Shown: positions 28,370 to 38,029 of the stretch, piece after piece
Layout: every line of letters starts with the position of its first letter
How positions within the stretch are numbered: the first letter of the stretch is position 1
From: Asaia bogorensis
Lineage (GTDB): Bacteria > Pseudomonadota > Alphaproteobacteria > Acetobacterales > Acetobacteraceae
Assembly (NCBI GenBank): GCA_945886995.1
Contig: CAMCZJ010000001.1
Coordinates: forward strand, 1-47,145
DNA length: 47,145 bases
Direction: 5' to 3'
Notes under the pieces: model-generated
Database searches by the model: none
The model's input: only the letters and a program-made list of their open reading frames with translations
Told to the model about the DNA's origin: nothing
Translations under genes and position numbers: made by a program

Positions 28370-29452
28370 TTACAGGAAGCGCGTCAGGCTCAACTGCTGC
28401 GCGAGAGACATGGCGCGATAAGAGGCTTCCAGTTGAGTTTGCGTTGCCTGGAAAGAGCTTATCGTTTTTGCCATGTCCACCTCCTCAAGATTGCTTAACT
28501 GCAAGGTCAAGGTGGTAGTGATGCTTTCCTGGCGGTTTGAGATTTCCTGCAGGCGCTTTTCTGTTGTACCAAGGGCACCGCGTTCCAGCGCCAAGGTCTT
28601 CACAGCGGTATCAAGGCCCTGGCGCACCGTTGTGATAAAAGTCGTGTAATCCCCGCCAAGCAGGGCTTTTTCCGGGGTGAGGCCAGCAATGCTCGCCAGC
28701 CCACGCAGCAAATCCCTTGCCCAGGAGCCGGTAGTTTCACCCAGGCTGGAAGCAGCAGCATTCCGATTGGCGTGGATACCATATTCCACGCGTTCGCTGT
28801 CACTGCCGATGACGTTCCGTCGCGTCTCCGTCAAGCCTTGTGCCGGATCGGAAAGGAAACCTGAAAAGGGTGTTGTGCCCGTGGCATTGGATTCCGCAAG
28901 GGATTTCGTATTTGCCAGCACGGTGGCTACGTTGGCGCCATTAAGCGACGCCACCTGATTGATGATCCCAAGCCCCATGCCGCTGGTGGCGATAGCACCT
29001 GGATTTGGGATGGGCGGGTTGCTTGTATCAGACCCACCAAAAAGATACTCACCGTTGAATGTTTCATTCAGTAGGGCAGCGACTTCAGCCATGGCGGATT
29101 TTGCCGTCGCTGCCTGAATCTGAATCTCCTCGGGCTTACTGGTGCCCATCAGCTTGGCAGAATTTGCGTTGAAGCTTTCTGCGATCGCACCGATTCTGGT
29201 CAGTACGTCCTGTGTGACGCTTACTTTGGAAAGCGTCTGGCCGATGGTGGTCTGGTAGGCTTCGCGCCGACCAATCTCCGCACGCAGATCAATCGCCTTG
29301 GGTGTATCCTTGCCAAAGGATCCGTCAGGACCGATCGTCGCATAGGAGTTACCCTTGCGCCCGGTGGAGATTTGGTCACCCAGAAGGGTAATGCGTTCAC
29401 GTAGCAGGCTGGCATTTACATCAATGCGGCCTATCAGACTGATGCCTGTCAT
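28370..29452 (-). CDS. flgL: Hook-filament junction protein FlgL (HAP3, flagellin-like)
   Basis: QISTGRK, LLNETFNGEYLFGG, EEVDMAKTIS......QLEASY....QLSLTRFL; follows flgK. Confidence 0.9.
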   Translation of the reverse strand: MTGISLIGRIDVNASLLRERITLLGDQISTGRKGNSYATIGPDGSFGKDTPKAIDLRAEIGRREAYQTTIGQTLSKVSVTQDVLTRIGAIAESFNANSAKLMGTSKPEEIQIQAATAKSAMAEVAALLNETFNGEYLFGGSDTSNPPIPNPGAIATSGMGLGIINQVASLNGANVATVLANTKSLAESNATGTTPFSGFLSDPAQGLTETRRNVIGSDSERVEYGIHANRNAAASSLGETTGSWARDLLRGLASIAGLTPEKALLGGDYTTFITTVRQGLDTAVKTLALERGALGTTEKRLQEISNRQESITTTLTLQLSNLEEVDMAKTISSFQATQTQLEASYRAMSLAQQLSLTRFL

Positions 29453-29455
29453 GGC

Positions 29456-30976
29456 TTACCGTACCGCTCCGATCAATGTTTCCCACATGCTCTGCGCCGT
29501 GGATAGCACGCGCGCATTTGCGGAATAGGCCGTTTGAAGCTGGATAAGCGAAGCCATTTCGCTATCCACATCTACGCGTGATTGGCGGGTGAAGCGTGCC
29601 TCAAGCCCGTCACTGAACTGCTTTGCGCCCTCGAGCGTCTTGATTGCCTCAGCGCTATCAGCGGTCTGCGTGGCGGTGATCAGGCTGCTGTAATCTTGAA
29701 TCGTGCTAGGCGATCCAAATGGGCTGGAAAGCGAACCATCCGGACCAAGCCCAATGGTCTTAAAGCCGCCCCAGCTTGTCCCGCCCGAACTTGATGCCCC
29801 AAAACTTTGGTTCAATACCCGGTCAATCAGCCCCGTAAAGGCCGCGGGTCCGCCAATGGGGTTTGGCGTGAACGCAGGTGGACCGACAAGTGTTTCGGTG
29901 CCATCACGCACGAGCCTGACATCGTTCTGGACAGCAGAATTCACCTGCATGCGTGCAGCAAAGCCAATCTGCGCACTGCCGGCATAGGCCAGATCAGGAT
30001 TTGGTACGCTCCCGTCGCTATCAGTGAACAGGCGCAAACCCTCTGCCCGGAAACGGTCAGCAATCTCAGCCGCGGCGATGTCAACCTCCGCCTGGTAGCG
30101 GGGCAGGGTCTGGTCGCGCAGCGTCAACTGCTCACCAATGCGTCCACCCACCATCTGTTTTGTGACATCCACTCCATTAAGGCGGATCGGCGGGATCGTA
30201 CCGCCCGTGCCGTAGAAGTTGTCATAGGTGATTGTCGCGCTATCCAGCGTAAAAGCATCACCAGATTCTTGCATCGGTATGGTAAACCCGCCGGCACCAA
30301 GCAGTATCAGCCCACCATTCTTCTGATGGATGGGTGTGATCGCGACGGATTCACTCAATCGCGCCAAGGCCAAGTCCCGCTGATCTTCAATATCGGCCGT
30401 TGGAACCCCTGCGCCTTTGCGTTCCATGATGCTGCGCGTGAGTGTGGTGATTTCACGAACAGCCGTGTTTACCTGGGTAATCTCACGCACAATGCCATCA
30501 TGCGCGCCTTGCCGGGCCTCGCCAATCACATTCGCCAGTTCGTTGAAACGATCGGTCAGGTTTGTTGCGGCGCCCAGGGCTATCGTCTGCTGCTTGGCCA
30601 CTTGTGACGGATCAGCGCGTAATTCGACAAAACTGGTACGCAGCTTGGCAACCAGATCGCCAAGCCCGTCCGCATTTACTGGATTGCCATGGGCTTGGCT
30701 GATGCGCTCCAGCACCGCCTCACGAACCTCGGCTGCGGATTTGGCGGAACGCCGCTTGTTCATTTCATTCACAAGCGCCGTATCAACCTCACGCATTGGG
30801 CCAAGCGTGCGTACGCCGGAACCCTGGCCATTGGCGGAAATCGCTTCCCCGACAATGCGCTTGCGCGTATAGCCTTCGGTATTGGCATTCGCCACATTCT
30901 CCGCTGCATTTGAAAGGGCGCGTTGCGTATGCAACAGTCCCGATCGTGCAATCAGAAGGGCGGCATCAATGCTCAT
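29456..30976 (-). CDS. flgK: Hook-associated protein FlgK (HAP1)
   Basis: ARSGL..TQ, NVANANTEGYTRK, DIEDQRD, VDVDSEM..LIQLQTAYSANARV. Confidence 0.95.
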   Translation of the reverse strand: MSIDAALLIARSGLLHTQRALSNAAENVANANTEGYTRKRIVGEAISANGQGSGVRTLGPMREVDTALVNEMNKRRSAKSAAEVREAVLERISQAHGNPVNADGLGDLVAKLRTSFVELRADPSQVAKQQTIALGAATNLTDRFNELANVIGEARQGAHDGIVREITQVNTAVREITTLTRSIMERKGAGVPTADIEDQRDLALARLSESVAITPIHQKNGGLILLGAGGFTIPMQESGDAFTLDSATITYDNFYGTGGTIPPIRLNGVDVTKQMVGGRIGEQLTLRDQTLPRYQAEVDIAAAEIADRFRAEGLRLFTDSDGSVPNPDLAYAGSAQIGFAARMQVNSAVQNDVRLVRDGTETLVGPPAFTPNPIGGPAAFTGLIDRVLNQSFGASSSGGTSWGGFKTIGLGPDGSLSSPFGSPSTIQDYSSLITATQTADSAEAIKTLEGAKQFSDGLEARFTRQSRVDVDSEMASLIQLQTAYSANARVLSTAQSMWETLIGAVR

Positions 30977-31009
30977 GGATTGTCACCAAGGGCCTGTGTT
31001 TACGCTGCC

Positions 31010-32533
31010 TTAGCGCTTCATGTTCAGCGTTTCCTGCAACAGCTCATCCGCCGTGGTCACGATTTTCGTGTTTGCCGAATAAGCGCGCTGCGCGAGGATC
31101 AGCTTGGTGAACTCCGAGGCAATATCCACGTTGGAACGCTCAACGGCGCGCGTGGTCAGATTCCCGGCACCATCTTCACCGGGTTCCACATCGCGGGCCT
31201 CTCCGCTTTCATTGGTACGCAGGAAGGCCTGGCCATCCAGGTGTTCCAGCTTGTCCGGATCCGCGAATAGCGTCAGTGGCGCGCGGGCAATTACCCGATT
31301 CTGCCCATTGTCATAATTGATCTGAATATCACCATTCTTTGTGGTGCTGACTGAGGAGAAAGCACCAAGCGGAATGCCATCCTGGGTGAAGCTGCTCACG
31401 CTCAGGCCACTGGTACTGCCCTTGGCAAACTGCGTCAGCCCGCCCGGGCTGCCGAAGTTTCCAAGATTCAGCTTGAAGGTCTGCGGGCCGGTGCCAAAAT
31501 CAGCTGTGAAGGTAACATTGGCGGGAGAACCGGTTACAGAAGCGCTGCTGGTTAACGTGCCGGGCGTCGCAGATGGAATGAAGTCGGCCAAGGTTCCATC
31601 AGGTTGCGCGCTAGCGGCTTGATCCACATAGGCCCATGTCACCGAATTATCAGTGATTGACGTCCCGGTGCCGGTCGGCCCCCCAGTGGTCGCGGATGTT
31701 CCTGCGGTAGTGACTCGATACAGATTTGACGGAGCTGTTCCGTTTCGTATCAGATCTCCAACCGCATAGGCGGTCCCGCCGGCCCATGCGGGAATAGCAG
31801 CAGGATCCTTGCCAAAGGAGATGCCGATGCTCCCGAGCGTATTCGCTGGTGCGTTGGTGACGGTTTCAGCACCCGCCGCCGCGATCGAAAGGGTCCAGGT
31901 ATTGTCGGTGGCCAGTGTCGTCGGCGTGAAGGTCAGCGACACTGTGCGGGCATTACCGAGCGAGTCGATCACCTGGATCGAGGAAGTCTGCGCCGTTGTA
32001 ACTTTGGCGTTAAGATTTCCCACGAGCTGAAGTTCTTCAGTCTTCGTTGGGGTAAAAACATCTTCCTTGATCTGGATGGGAACAAGCCTTGTCTTGTCTA
32101 CCACCCCATCGGTGACGGGCCAGCCCTTCAGCACATACCCCGCGCCATTTACCATATAGCCCTTATCGTTCCGGTTGAAGTCGCCGGCGCGTGTGTAGAA
32201 ACTGCGCGTGTCGAAGTTCAGCGCATCATCAGTACCTGAACCAACCGGCAGGGCCGTTGTGAAAAAGCCATCCCCCGAAATCGCGAGGGAGAGCGGATTT
32301 TCAACCTGCTCAATATTGCCCTGAAGCTGGTTGGTAAAATCAGGCCGCGCCAGAACAGTGCCAGGCCGGTGAATGTCGTTGTTGCTCTCCGTAATATAGG
32401 AAACGAAATTCGTGTCCGTACGCTTGAACCCAACCGTTTGGGAGTTGGCGACGTTATCGGAAATATGTCCCAATGCGCGGGATTGCGCGGTCAAGCCGCT
32501 AATGGCGGTATTCATCGAACTGAAGAGCGACAT
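31010..32533 (-). CDS. flgE: Flagellar hook protein FlgE with an inserted module at residues ~250-303
   Basis: AISGL.AQ...L..ISDNVANSQTVGFK, LAISGDGFF, YTRAGDF, GNL, ERSNVDIASEFTKLILAQRAYSAN. Confidence 0.96.
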   Translation of the reverse strand: MSLFSSMNTAISGLTAQSRALGHISDNVANSQTVGFKRTDTNFVSYITESNNDIHRPGTVLARPDFTNQLQGNIEQVENPLSLAISGDGFFTTALPVGSGTDDALNFDTRSFYTRAGDFNRNDKGYMVNGAGYVLKGWPVTDGVVDKTRLVPIQIKEDVFTPTKTEELQLVGNLNAKVTTAQTSSIQVIDSLGNARTVSLTFTPTTLATDNTWTLSIAAAGAETVTNAPANTLGSIGISFGKDPAAIPAWAGGTAYAVGDLIRNGTAPSNLYRVTTAGTSATTGGPTGTGTSITDNSVTWAYVDQAASAQPDGTLADFIPSATPGTLTSSASVTGSPANVTFTADFGTGPQTFKLNLGNFGSPGGLTQFAKGSTSGLSVSSFTQDGIPLGAFSSVSTTKNGDIQINYDNGQNRVIARAPLTLFADPDKLEHLDGQAFLRTNESGEARDVEPGEDGAGNLTTRAVERSNVDIASEFTKLILAQRAYSANTKIVTTADELLQETLNMKR

Positions 32534-32584
32534 GGCTCAATCTCCCGTCGAAAGGTTTAAAATCTTTGTCCGGTTGGTATCTAG

Positions 32585-32599
32585 GCAAGCGCCATGCCA
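32585..32599 (-). promoter_or_regulatory. sigma54 promoter for flgE-flgK-flgL
   Basis: Minus strand TGGCAT-GGCGC-TTGC, ~50 nt upstream of flgE ATG. Confidence 0.8.
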
Positions 32600-32670
32600 G
32601 CGAGAATTGCCGAGCCTGGACCAAGGAATGGGTTAATCCTGCCCTCACGGGGCAAGTATTGCGTCCTCTG

Positions 32671-32685
32671 CGGCAATTTCTGCCG
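32671..32685. promoter_or_regulatory. ftr-like FlbD enhancer palindrome
   Basis: CGGCAATTTCTGCCG; reverse complement CGGC-AG-AAA-TT-GCCG fits the Caulobacter ftr pattern CGGC-N2-AAA-N2-GC-N-G; weaker copies near 32601-32612, 32650-32662 and 32736-32749. Confidence 0.7.
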
Positions 32686-32704
32686 GACGATATGGAAGAT
32701 GCCC

Positions 32705-32720
32705 TGGCCCGCCGCTTGCT
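32705..32720 (+). promoter_or_regulatory. sigma54 promoter for fliK-flgD
   Basis: TGGCCC-GCCGC-TTGCT. Confidence 0.75.
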
Positions 32721-32834
32721 GCTTGACCTTCGCTTCAGGGCTTTTGCCGTGCGGATCGCGTGAGTTTCGCCCACTGCGATCCTGTGTAGGTAGGGTTTGT
32801 GGCGTTTTGTCTTATGGATTGTTGGGATCACTGA

Positions 32835-34514
32835 ATGTTGGAACTGCCTTCAGCCTCGGCGTCACCTTCTGCACCCAGCCCTGCGGCTGTGGCGGCTGCG
32901 CGGGCCTCCGATAAGGAAGGTGCCGGCTTTCAGGGCCGCCTGCGCGAAGCGCTTGGCAGTCAAGATGCCCAGCAGCAGGCCGGCATGAATCAGGTTGAGG
33001 CCAAGCGCGCGCAGCTTCCCCAAACGTCGAAGGGTGTAGAAGAAGGTCGTCCCGCGCCCGAATTGCCTGCCGTGGAAGGGGCTGTCGCGGCCGAGGGGCA
33101 GTTTTCGGAACTCACCTTGGCTGATGCCCTGCCCGCGGCCTTGGCGCAGGATGCGGTGCTTGGGCCGATCACCCCATTGGTGGTGCCGCAGGATTCCGTG
33201 ACCGCCCAGTCGGAAGCCTTGGTGAATGCTGCAATGAGCGGCAATCAACCCTTTCTGGCGGCGGCTACCATTGGTACCTATTTTGGGGGCTCTGCCCCAG
33301 CGCCTGATGCCGTGCCCCCACAGACCCTATCTGTCGAAGCTGGTTTGATGGGTGATGCTCAGGCCCAACCGGCCCCTGCCGGCTTGGCATCCATGACGGC
33401 CGGCGCGATGCCGGCATCAGCGCAGATGCCATCTGCAGCGGCCCTTAAGGATGCCGAGGCCCCGCCATCTCAGGTCGCGGGCCAAACACTCGATGCAGCG
33501 CCCACCCAGATTATGGGGCAAGTTCTCCCAAGCCAACCTGATTTGATGATTCCCAACGACCAGGTGTTGGCCGCAGCCAATCAGCAGCGCGGCCCGGGCG
33601 CTATGGGGCAGCCCGCTGGTCAGGCCACCCCCGTGCAGGCTGCGATGGTCCAGCAAGGCGACCAAAACTTCGCCGCGCCGGAGCAGCAGGCAATCATCGC
33701 CACCCTGGCGGCCGGCGCCAGCCAGGCGGCAGCGCCGCAGTCTGGCAAGCCGCTCCAGCCCATCCAAACGGCGCCGAAGGTTGGTATTCCAACGCCTGTT
33801 GAGGCGGCCGGAGCAGCCAGATCCGCTATGCCAAGCGCGCTATTGGCGCAGAGCCTGGGCGCCGGGGAAGTGCTGCAGGAAGGGGCGGGCATTCTGCCCG
33901 ACGAACTGGCAGAAGCCAGCCTGCATTCAGCGGACGCTGCGGCGCCCAAGACCGTCATCGCCAAACATATGGTGGAAAATGAGAGCCATGTTATACCAGG
34001 GCAGGGCCTTGGCTTCGCCGTCTCGGATGGCGCGCTCTCGCGTGCCGATGCGCCGATGCAGGGCGCTGCGGCGCGCGAATTGCCGGCGCCGCCCCCGCCC
34101 GTCCGGCAGCTTGCACCAGTTCTCGTTTCACTGGCCCTTGGCGGGGGTAACGAAGCACTGACCATCACGCTGGACCCCGGCGAACTTGGCCGGGTTGAAG
34201 TCAGCATTGGCCAAGGCAAGGATGCCGGACAGGTCCGTATCATCGCGGAACGCCCGGAAACCCTTGCATTGCTGCAACGCGACCAGCGCGAATTGGACCG
34301 CGCCCTGAATCAGGCCGGCCTTGGCGATATGGCGCGCTCCCTATCTTTCTCTCTTGCGTCGGATCAGGGCCGGCAGCAGCACCAGCATGCTGCGCAGGAT
34401 GGGGCTAACCGCTTCGCTGCCCTCACTTCCGGGCGGGAAGCAGAACGCACCCTGATTCCACCCATGCCGGCGCCGCCGCGCGCCTCCACCTCTCTTATTG
34501 ACCTTGCAGTCTGA
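32835..34514 (+). CDS. fliK: Flagellar hook-length control protein FliK
   Basis: Long Ala/Pro/Gln low-complexity region, then LDPGELGRVEV..AERPETLALLQRD..LDRAL..AGL; precedes flgD. Confidence 0.9.
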   Translation: MLELPSASASPSAPSPAAVAAARASDKEGAGFQGRLREALGSQDAQQQAGMNQVEAKRAQLPQTSKGVEEGRPAPELPAVEGAVAAEGQFSELTLADALPAALAQDAVLGPITPLVVPQDSVTAQSEALVNAAMSGNQPFLAAATIGTYFGGSAPAPDAVPPQTLSVEAGLMGDAQAQPAPAGLASMTAGAMPASAQMPSAAALKDAEAPPSQVAGQTLDAAPTQIMGQVLPSQPDLMIPNDQVLAAANQQRGPGAMGQPAGQATPVQAAMVQQGDQNFAAPEQQAIIATLAAGASQAAAPQSGKPLQPIQTAPKVGIPTPVEAAGAARSAMPSALLAQSLGAGEVLQEGAGILPDELAEASLHSADAAAPKTVIAKHMVENESHVIPGQGLGFAVSDGALSRADAPMQGAAARELPAPPPPVRQLAPVLVSLALGGGNEALTITLDPGELGRVEVSIGQGKDAGQVRIIAERPETLALLQRDQRELDRALNQAGLGDMARSLSFSLASDQGRQQHQHAAQDGANRFAALTSGREAERTLIPPMPAPPRASTSLIDLAV

Positions 34515-34528
34515 ACGGAACCCAAGCC

Positions 34529-35188
34529 ATGTCCGGATCCATCGCCGCCGCCTCCGCCAATGCTGCCACCAGCGCGGCGCAATCGCCAAAATTGGCGGGG
34601 GACTTCAATACCTTCCTGACCCTGCTGACCACGCAGATCAAGAACCAAACCCCAACCGACCCGCTGGACGTGAACCAAATGACCAATCAATTGGTCCAGT
34701 TCGCTTCGGTCGAACAGCAAATTGCCATGAACCAGAATCTGCAAAGCCTGGTGAGTCTGGAGCAGGCCTCTCAGTTGACGGCCAGCGCCCCGCTGATTGG
34801 CCGCAAGGTAGAGGTGGATGCGACCCAAATTTCGCTTCAGAGCGGTTCTGGGGCCTTGAAGCTGCCGGCCGCGGGCTCATCGCAGACGGCGCAGGTCACC
34901 ATTAGGGGCAGCGGCAACCAGATTGTGCGCCAGGAAACGGTGCAGTTGGGCAGCGGACCCACCACTTGGTCCTGGAATGGGCTGAATGGCTCCGGGGTGA
35001 CCATGCCGGATGGCGCCTATACTGCCAGCGTCACCGGCATTGGCACCGGCGGCAAGACCGAGGCTTTGCCCTTCACCAGCCTTGCCACGGTAACGGGGGC
35101 CGAGCGGGTCAATGGTCAATTGCAGCTTATGATGGGCCAAATGCGGGCGGGCTTTGATAAGTTGCGGAGCGTAAGCTCGGGGAGCTGA
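34529..35188 (+). CDS. flgD: Flagellar hook capping protein FlgD
   Basis: FLTLLTTQIKNQTPTDPLD, QLVQFASVEQ, WNG....G...PDGAY. Confidence 0.95.
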   Translation: MSGSIAAASANAATSAAQSPKLAGDFNTFLTLLTTQIKNQTPTDPLDVNQMTNQLVQFASVEQQIAMNQNLQSLVSLEQASQLTASAPLIGRKVEVDATQISLQSGSGALKLPAAGSSQTAQVTIRGSGNQIVRQETVQLGSGPTTWSWNGLNGSGVTMPDGAYTASVTGIGTGGKTEALPFTSLATVTGAERVNGQLQLMMGQMRAGFDKLRSVSSGS

Positions 35189-35196
35189 GGGGCGTC

Positions 35197-35260
35197 TACT
35201 CCTTATGGGCAGGTAGGGCAGGGGGCGGACCTGCCCTATCGGTGCAACCCAGGGGAGTAT
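35197..35260 (+). terminator. Long stem-loop after flgD
   Basis: Outer TACTCC/GGAGTA and inner TAGGGCAGG/CCTGCCCTA stems; no clear U-tract. Confidence 0.5.
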
Positions 35261-35315
35261 TGACTTGTAGAAAAATTTGGACAATGAACTATTTTCGTAT
35301 TTTTAAAATCTTTTA

Positions 35316-35330
35316 CGGAAATTTTTGCCG
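35316..35330. promoter_or_regulatory. ftr-like site in the AT-rich fliF promoter region
   Basis: CGGAAATTTTTGCCG (reverse complement CGGCAAAAATTTCCG). Confidence 0.55.
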
Positions 35331-35402
35331 GTCGTGTTATATGTGGGATAATTCAGGTAGGGTTTTGACCCTGGAGAGCCTGGGGAAGAAGGTTCGGGGG
35401 TG

Positions 35403-37034
35403 ATGGCGAACTTCGTCGCTCAATTGCGTGCCTTTGGGCTGTGGCGCGTTGGTGCCTTGGTGGGTACAGCGCTCTTGGTGCTTGGGCTGCTAACTTGGTT
35501 CGTTATGCGGGCCAATCAGCCTGTTATGGGCCTGCTTTACGCTGATCTGGACCAACGCGATGCCGGGCAGGTGGTCGCGTCGCTTGATCGTGCCAAAGTG
35601 CCTTATACGGTTGAAGCCAATGGCAGCCGCATTATGGTGCCTGCCGATCAAATTGGGCGTGTGCGCCTCTCGCTGGCGCGAGAAGGTCTGCCAGCCGGTG
35701 GTAATGTCGGCTACGAAATCTTTGATCGTACCGAAAGTTTGACCACCACGCCGTTTCAGCAGGATATGAATCGCGTCCGCGCCATGGAAGGCGAATTGGC
35801 GCGCAGCATTTCGTCCCTGGCGGGTGTTCGCTCTGCGCGTGTGCACTTGGTGCTTCCGCGGCGAGAGGCGTTTTCCCGTGAGCGTGGCGACGCGCAGGCT
35901 TCGGTCATGTTGACCATGCAGGGTGCGCAGCGTCTCGATCGCGAAGCGATTCAATCCGTGCTTCATCTTGTCTCCACCGCGGTGCCTGGATTGCGCCCAC
36001 AGAATATTTCGATTGTTGATTCGCGTGGTTCACTATTGGCGCGTGGCGGTCAGCCCATAACCGGCCCGGCAGCGGCCGCATCCCAGGATGAGGTCCGGCG
36101 CGGTCAGGAACTGCGAATCGCCCGTGTGGTTGAAGAAATGTTGGAACGCAGCCTGGGTACTGGGCGCGTGCGGGCCGAAGCTTCAGTGGATATGGATTTT
36201 GATCGGGTTCAGACCACCGAAGAACGCTTTGATCCGGATAATCAGGTCGCGCGCAGCCAGCAGAGTGTGCAAGAAAATTCCCGCGGGACAGAACCCGCCC
36301 CCACGACCGTTCAGAACAACTTGCCCGGCGGTAGTGAAAATTCGCCCGGCACTACGCAGGAAAGTCGCCAGGAAGAAACGACCAATTTTGAAATCGGGCG
36401 CATCATGCGCAGCACAACGCGGGATCAACCGGTGGTGCGGCGCCTCAGCGTTGGTGTTCTTGTGGACGGGGTTTGGGAACCCCAGGCGAGTGGCCCGCCA
36501 CAGTATCGCGATCGCTCCCCTGAGGAATTGGCTCGAATCGCGACCCTTGTGCGGAGTGCGGTCGGCTTTGATGAACGCCGCGGCGACAGGGTGGAAGTTG
36601 TGGCCATGCGCTTTGCGGAACCTCCGATCCCGATGGATTCTGGTGAACGCGGCTTCTTTGAGGGGCTCTTCACCTCATCCACCATCGCGCGGATCGTCGA
36701 AAGCTTCCTTTTCGCCTTGGTTGCGCTGGTTGCCATTCTGCTTTTGGGGCGCCCGGCTGTGCGGCGCCTGGTCACCCTGGCTAAGCCATCCCAGTCTGGC
36801 GCAGCGCTGGCGGGCGCTGGTGGGGCGGGGGCCTTGGCTGCCGGTGGCAGTGGCTTGCCCGCCGTGCAGGGTGCCGTAGGCCCAGATAACGACGAACTTG
36901 TCACCCTTGCCATGGTGCAAGGGCAGATGCGTGCTTCATCCATTAATCGCATGCAGGAATTGGTGGATAGTAACCCCGAGCAGTCACTTAACGTCTTACG
37001 GCGCTGGATCGCGCCGCCTGAGGAACCGGCATGA
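35403..37034 (+). CDS. fliF: Flagellar MS-ring protein FliF
   Basis: Two TM segments; [50 protein letters not shown]. Confidence 0.97.
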   Translation: MANFVAQLRAFGLWRVGALVGTALLVLGLLTWFVMRANQPVMGLLYADLDQRDAGQVVASLDRAKVPYTVEANGSRIMVPADQIGRVRLSLAREGLPAGGNVGYEIFDRTESLTTTPFQQDMNRVRAMEGELARSISSLAGVRSARVHLVLPRREAFSRERGDAQASVMLTMQGAQRLDREAIQSVLHLVSTAVPGLRPQNISIVDSRGSLLARGGQPITGPAAAASQDEVRRGQELRIARVVEEMLERSLGTGRVRAEASVDMDFDRVQTTEERFDPDNQVARSQQSVQENSRGTEPAPTTVQNNLPGGSENSPGTTQESRQEETTNFEIGRIMRSTTRDQPVVRRLSVGVLVDGVWEPQASGPPQYRDRSPEELARIATLVRSAVGFDERRGDRVEVVAMRFAEPPIPMDSGERGFFEGLFTSSTIARIVESFLFALVALVAILLLGRPAVRRLVTLAKPSQSGAALAGAGGAGALAAGGSGLPAVQGAVGPDNDELVTLAMVQGQMRASSINRMQELVDSNPEQSLNVLRRWIAPPEEPA

Positions 37035-38029
37035 GCGATAAGATGACCGGCCCGCAAAAGGCAGCCACTTTTATGCTGGCGGTGGGCGAGGAGCATGCTT
37101 CCAAGCTTTTCTCCATGATGCATGAAGATGAGATCCGAGACATTTCCCAGGCCATGGCCAATCTTGGCACCGTCCCGGCCGTAGCGGTTGAGAATTTGGC
37201 GCGCGAATTCTCGGATAACATCAGCCAAACCGGCAATCTGGTGGGTAGCTGGGAGACCACGGAACGCATGCTGCTGCGCACGCTTCCGCGTGAACGCGTC
37301 TCGCAGATCATGGAAGAAATTCGTGGTCCCGCCGGGCGCACCATGTGGGACAAGCTTGGCAATGTGAATGAAGCGGTGCTGGCGAACTACCTGAAGAATG
37401 AATATCCGCAAACCGTTGCCGTGGTGCTGACGAAGGTTAAGTCCGAACATGCAGCGCGGGTATTGTCCATGCTGCCTGAAAGCTTCGCGATGGAAGTCGT
37501 GATGCGGATGCTGCGCATGGAAAGCGTGCAGAAGGAAGCGCTGGAAGGGGTTGAAAAGACCCTGAAGGCGGAATTCATGTCCAATCTTGCGCGCGCACAA
37601 CGACGCGATGCGCATGAAATGATGGCTGAAATCTTCAATAACCTGGACCGCCAATCCGAAAGCCGCATCCTGGCCGCGCTTGAAGAACGCAACCGCGATG
37701 CCGCGGAACGTATCCGTGCCCTGATGTTCACCTTTGATGATCTGGTGCGCCTGGATACCGCGGGCGTACAGGTGCTGATCCGCAGTGTACCGAAGGAACA
37801 ATTGGTCTTGGCACTCAAGGGTGCATCGGAATCCTTGCGCGATCTATTCCTGAAGAACATGAGCGAACGCGCAGGCAAGATGTTCAAGGAAGATTTGGCC
37901 AATCTTGGCCCCGTCAGGCTGCGCGATGTGGATGAGGCGCAGGCCGCCATTGTTGTCATGGCAAAGGATCTTGCGGCGCAAGGCCAAATCACGCTCCAGG
38001 AAGGGCGTGAGGATGAGATGGTGTATTGA
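37031..38029 (+). CDS. fliG: Flagellar motor switch protein FliG
   Basis: [44 protein letters not shown]. Confidence 0.97.
   Translation: MSDKMTGPQKAATFMLAVGEEHASKLFSMMHEDEIRDISQAMANLGTVPAVAVENLAREFSDNISQTGNLVGSWETTERMLLRTLPRERVSQIMEEIRGPAGRTMWDKLGNVNEAVLANYLKNEYPQTVAVVLTKVKSEHAARVLSMLPESFAMEVVMRMLRMESVQKEALEGVEKTLKAEFMSNLARAQRRDAHEMMAEIFNNLDRQSESRILAALEERNRDAAERIRALMFTFDDLVRLDTAGVQVLIRSVPKEQLVLALKGASESLRDLFLKNMSERAGKMFKEDLANLGPVRLRDVDEAQAAIVVMAKDLAAQGQITLQEGREDEMVY

Noticed and set aside
28370-29452. Second flagellin gene
   Set aside because: Position after flgK and the GEYLFGG and SLTRFL motifs fit FlgL better.
36425-37801. 458-aa ORF antisense to fliF/fliG, and the many similar overlapping ORFs in the track
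   Set aside because: Expected stop-poor antisense frames in GC-rich DNA; they overlap well-supported genes.
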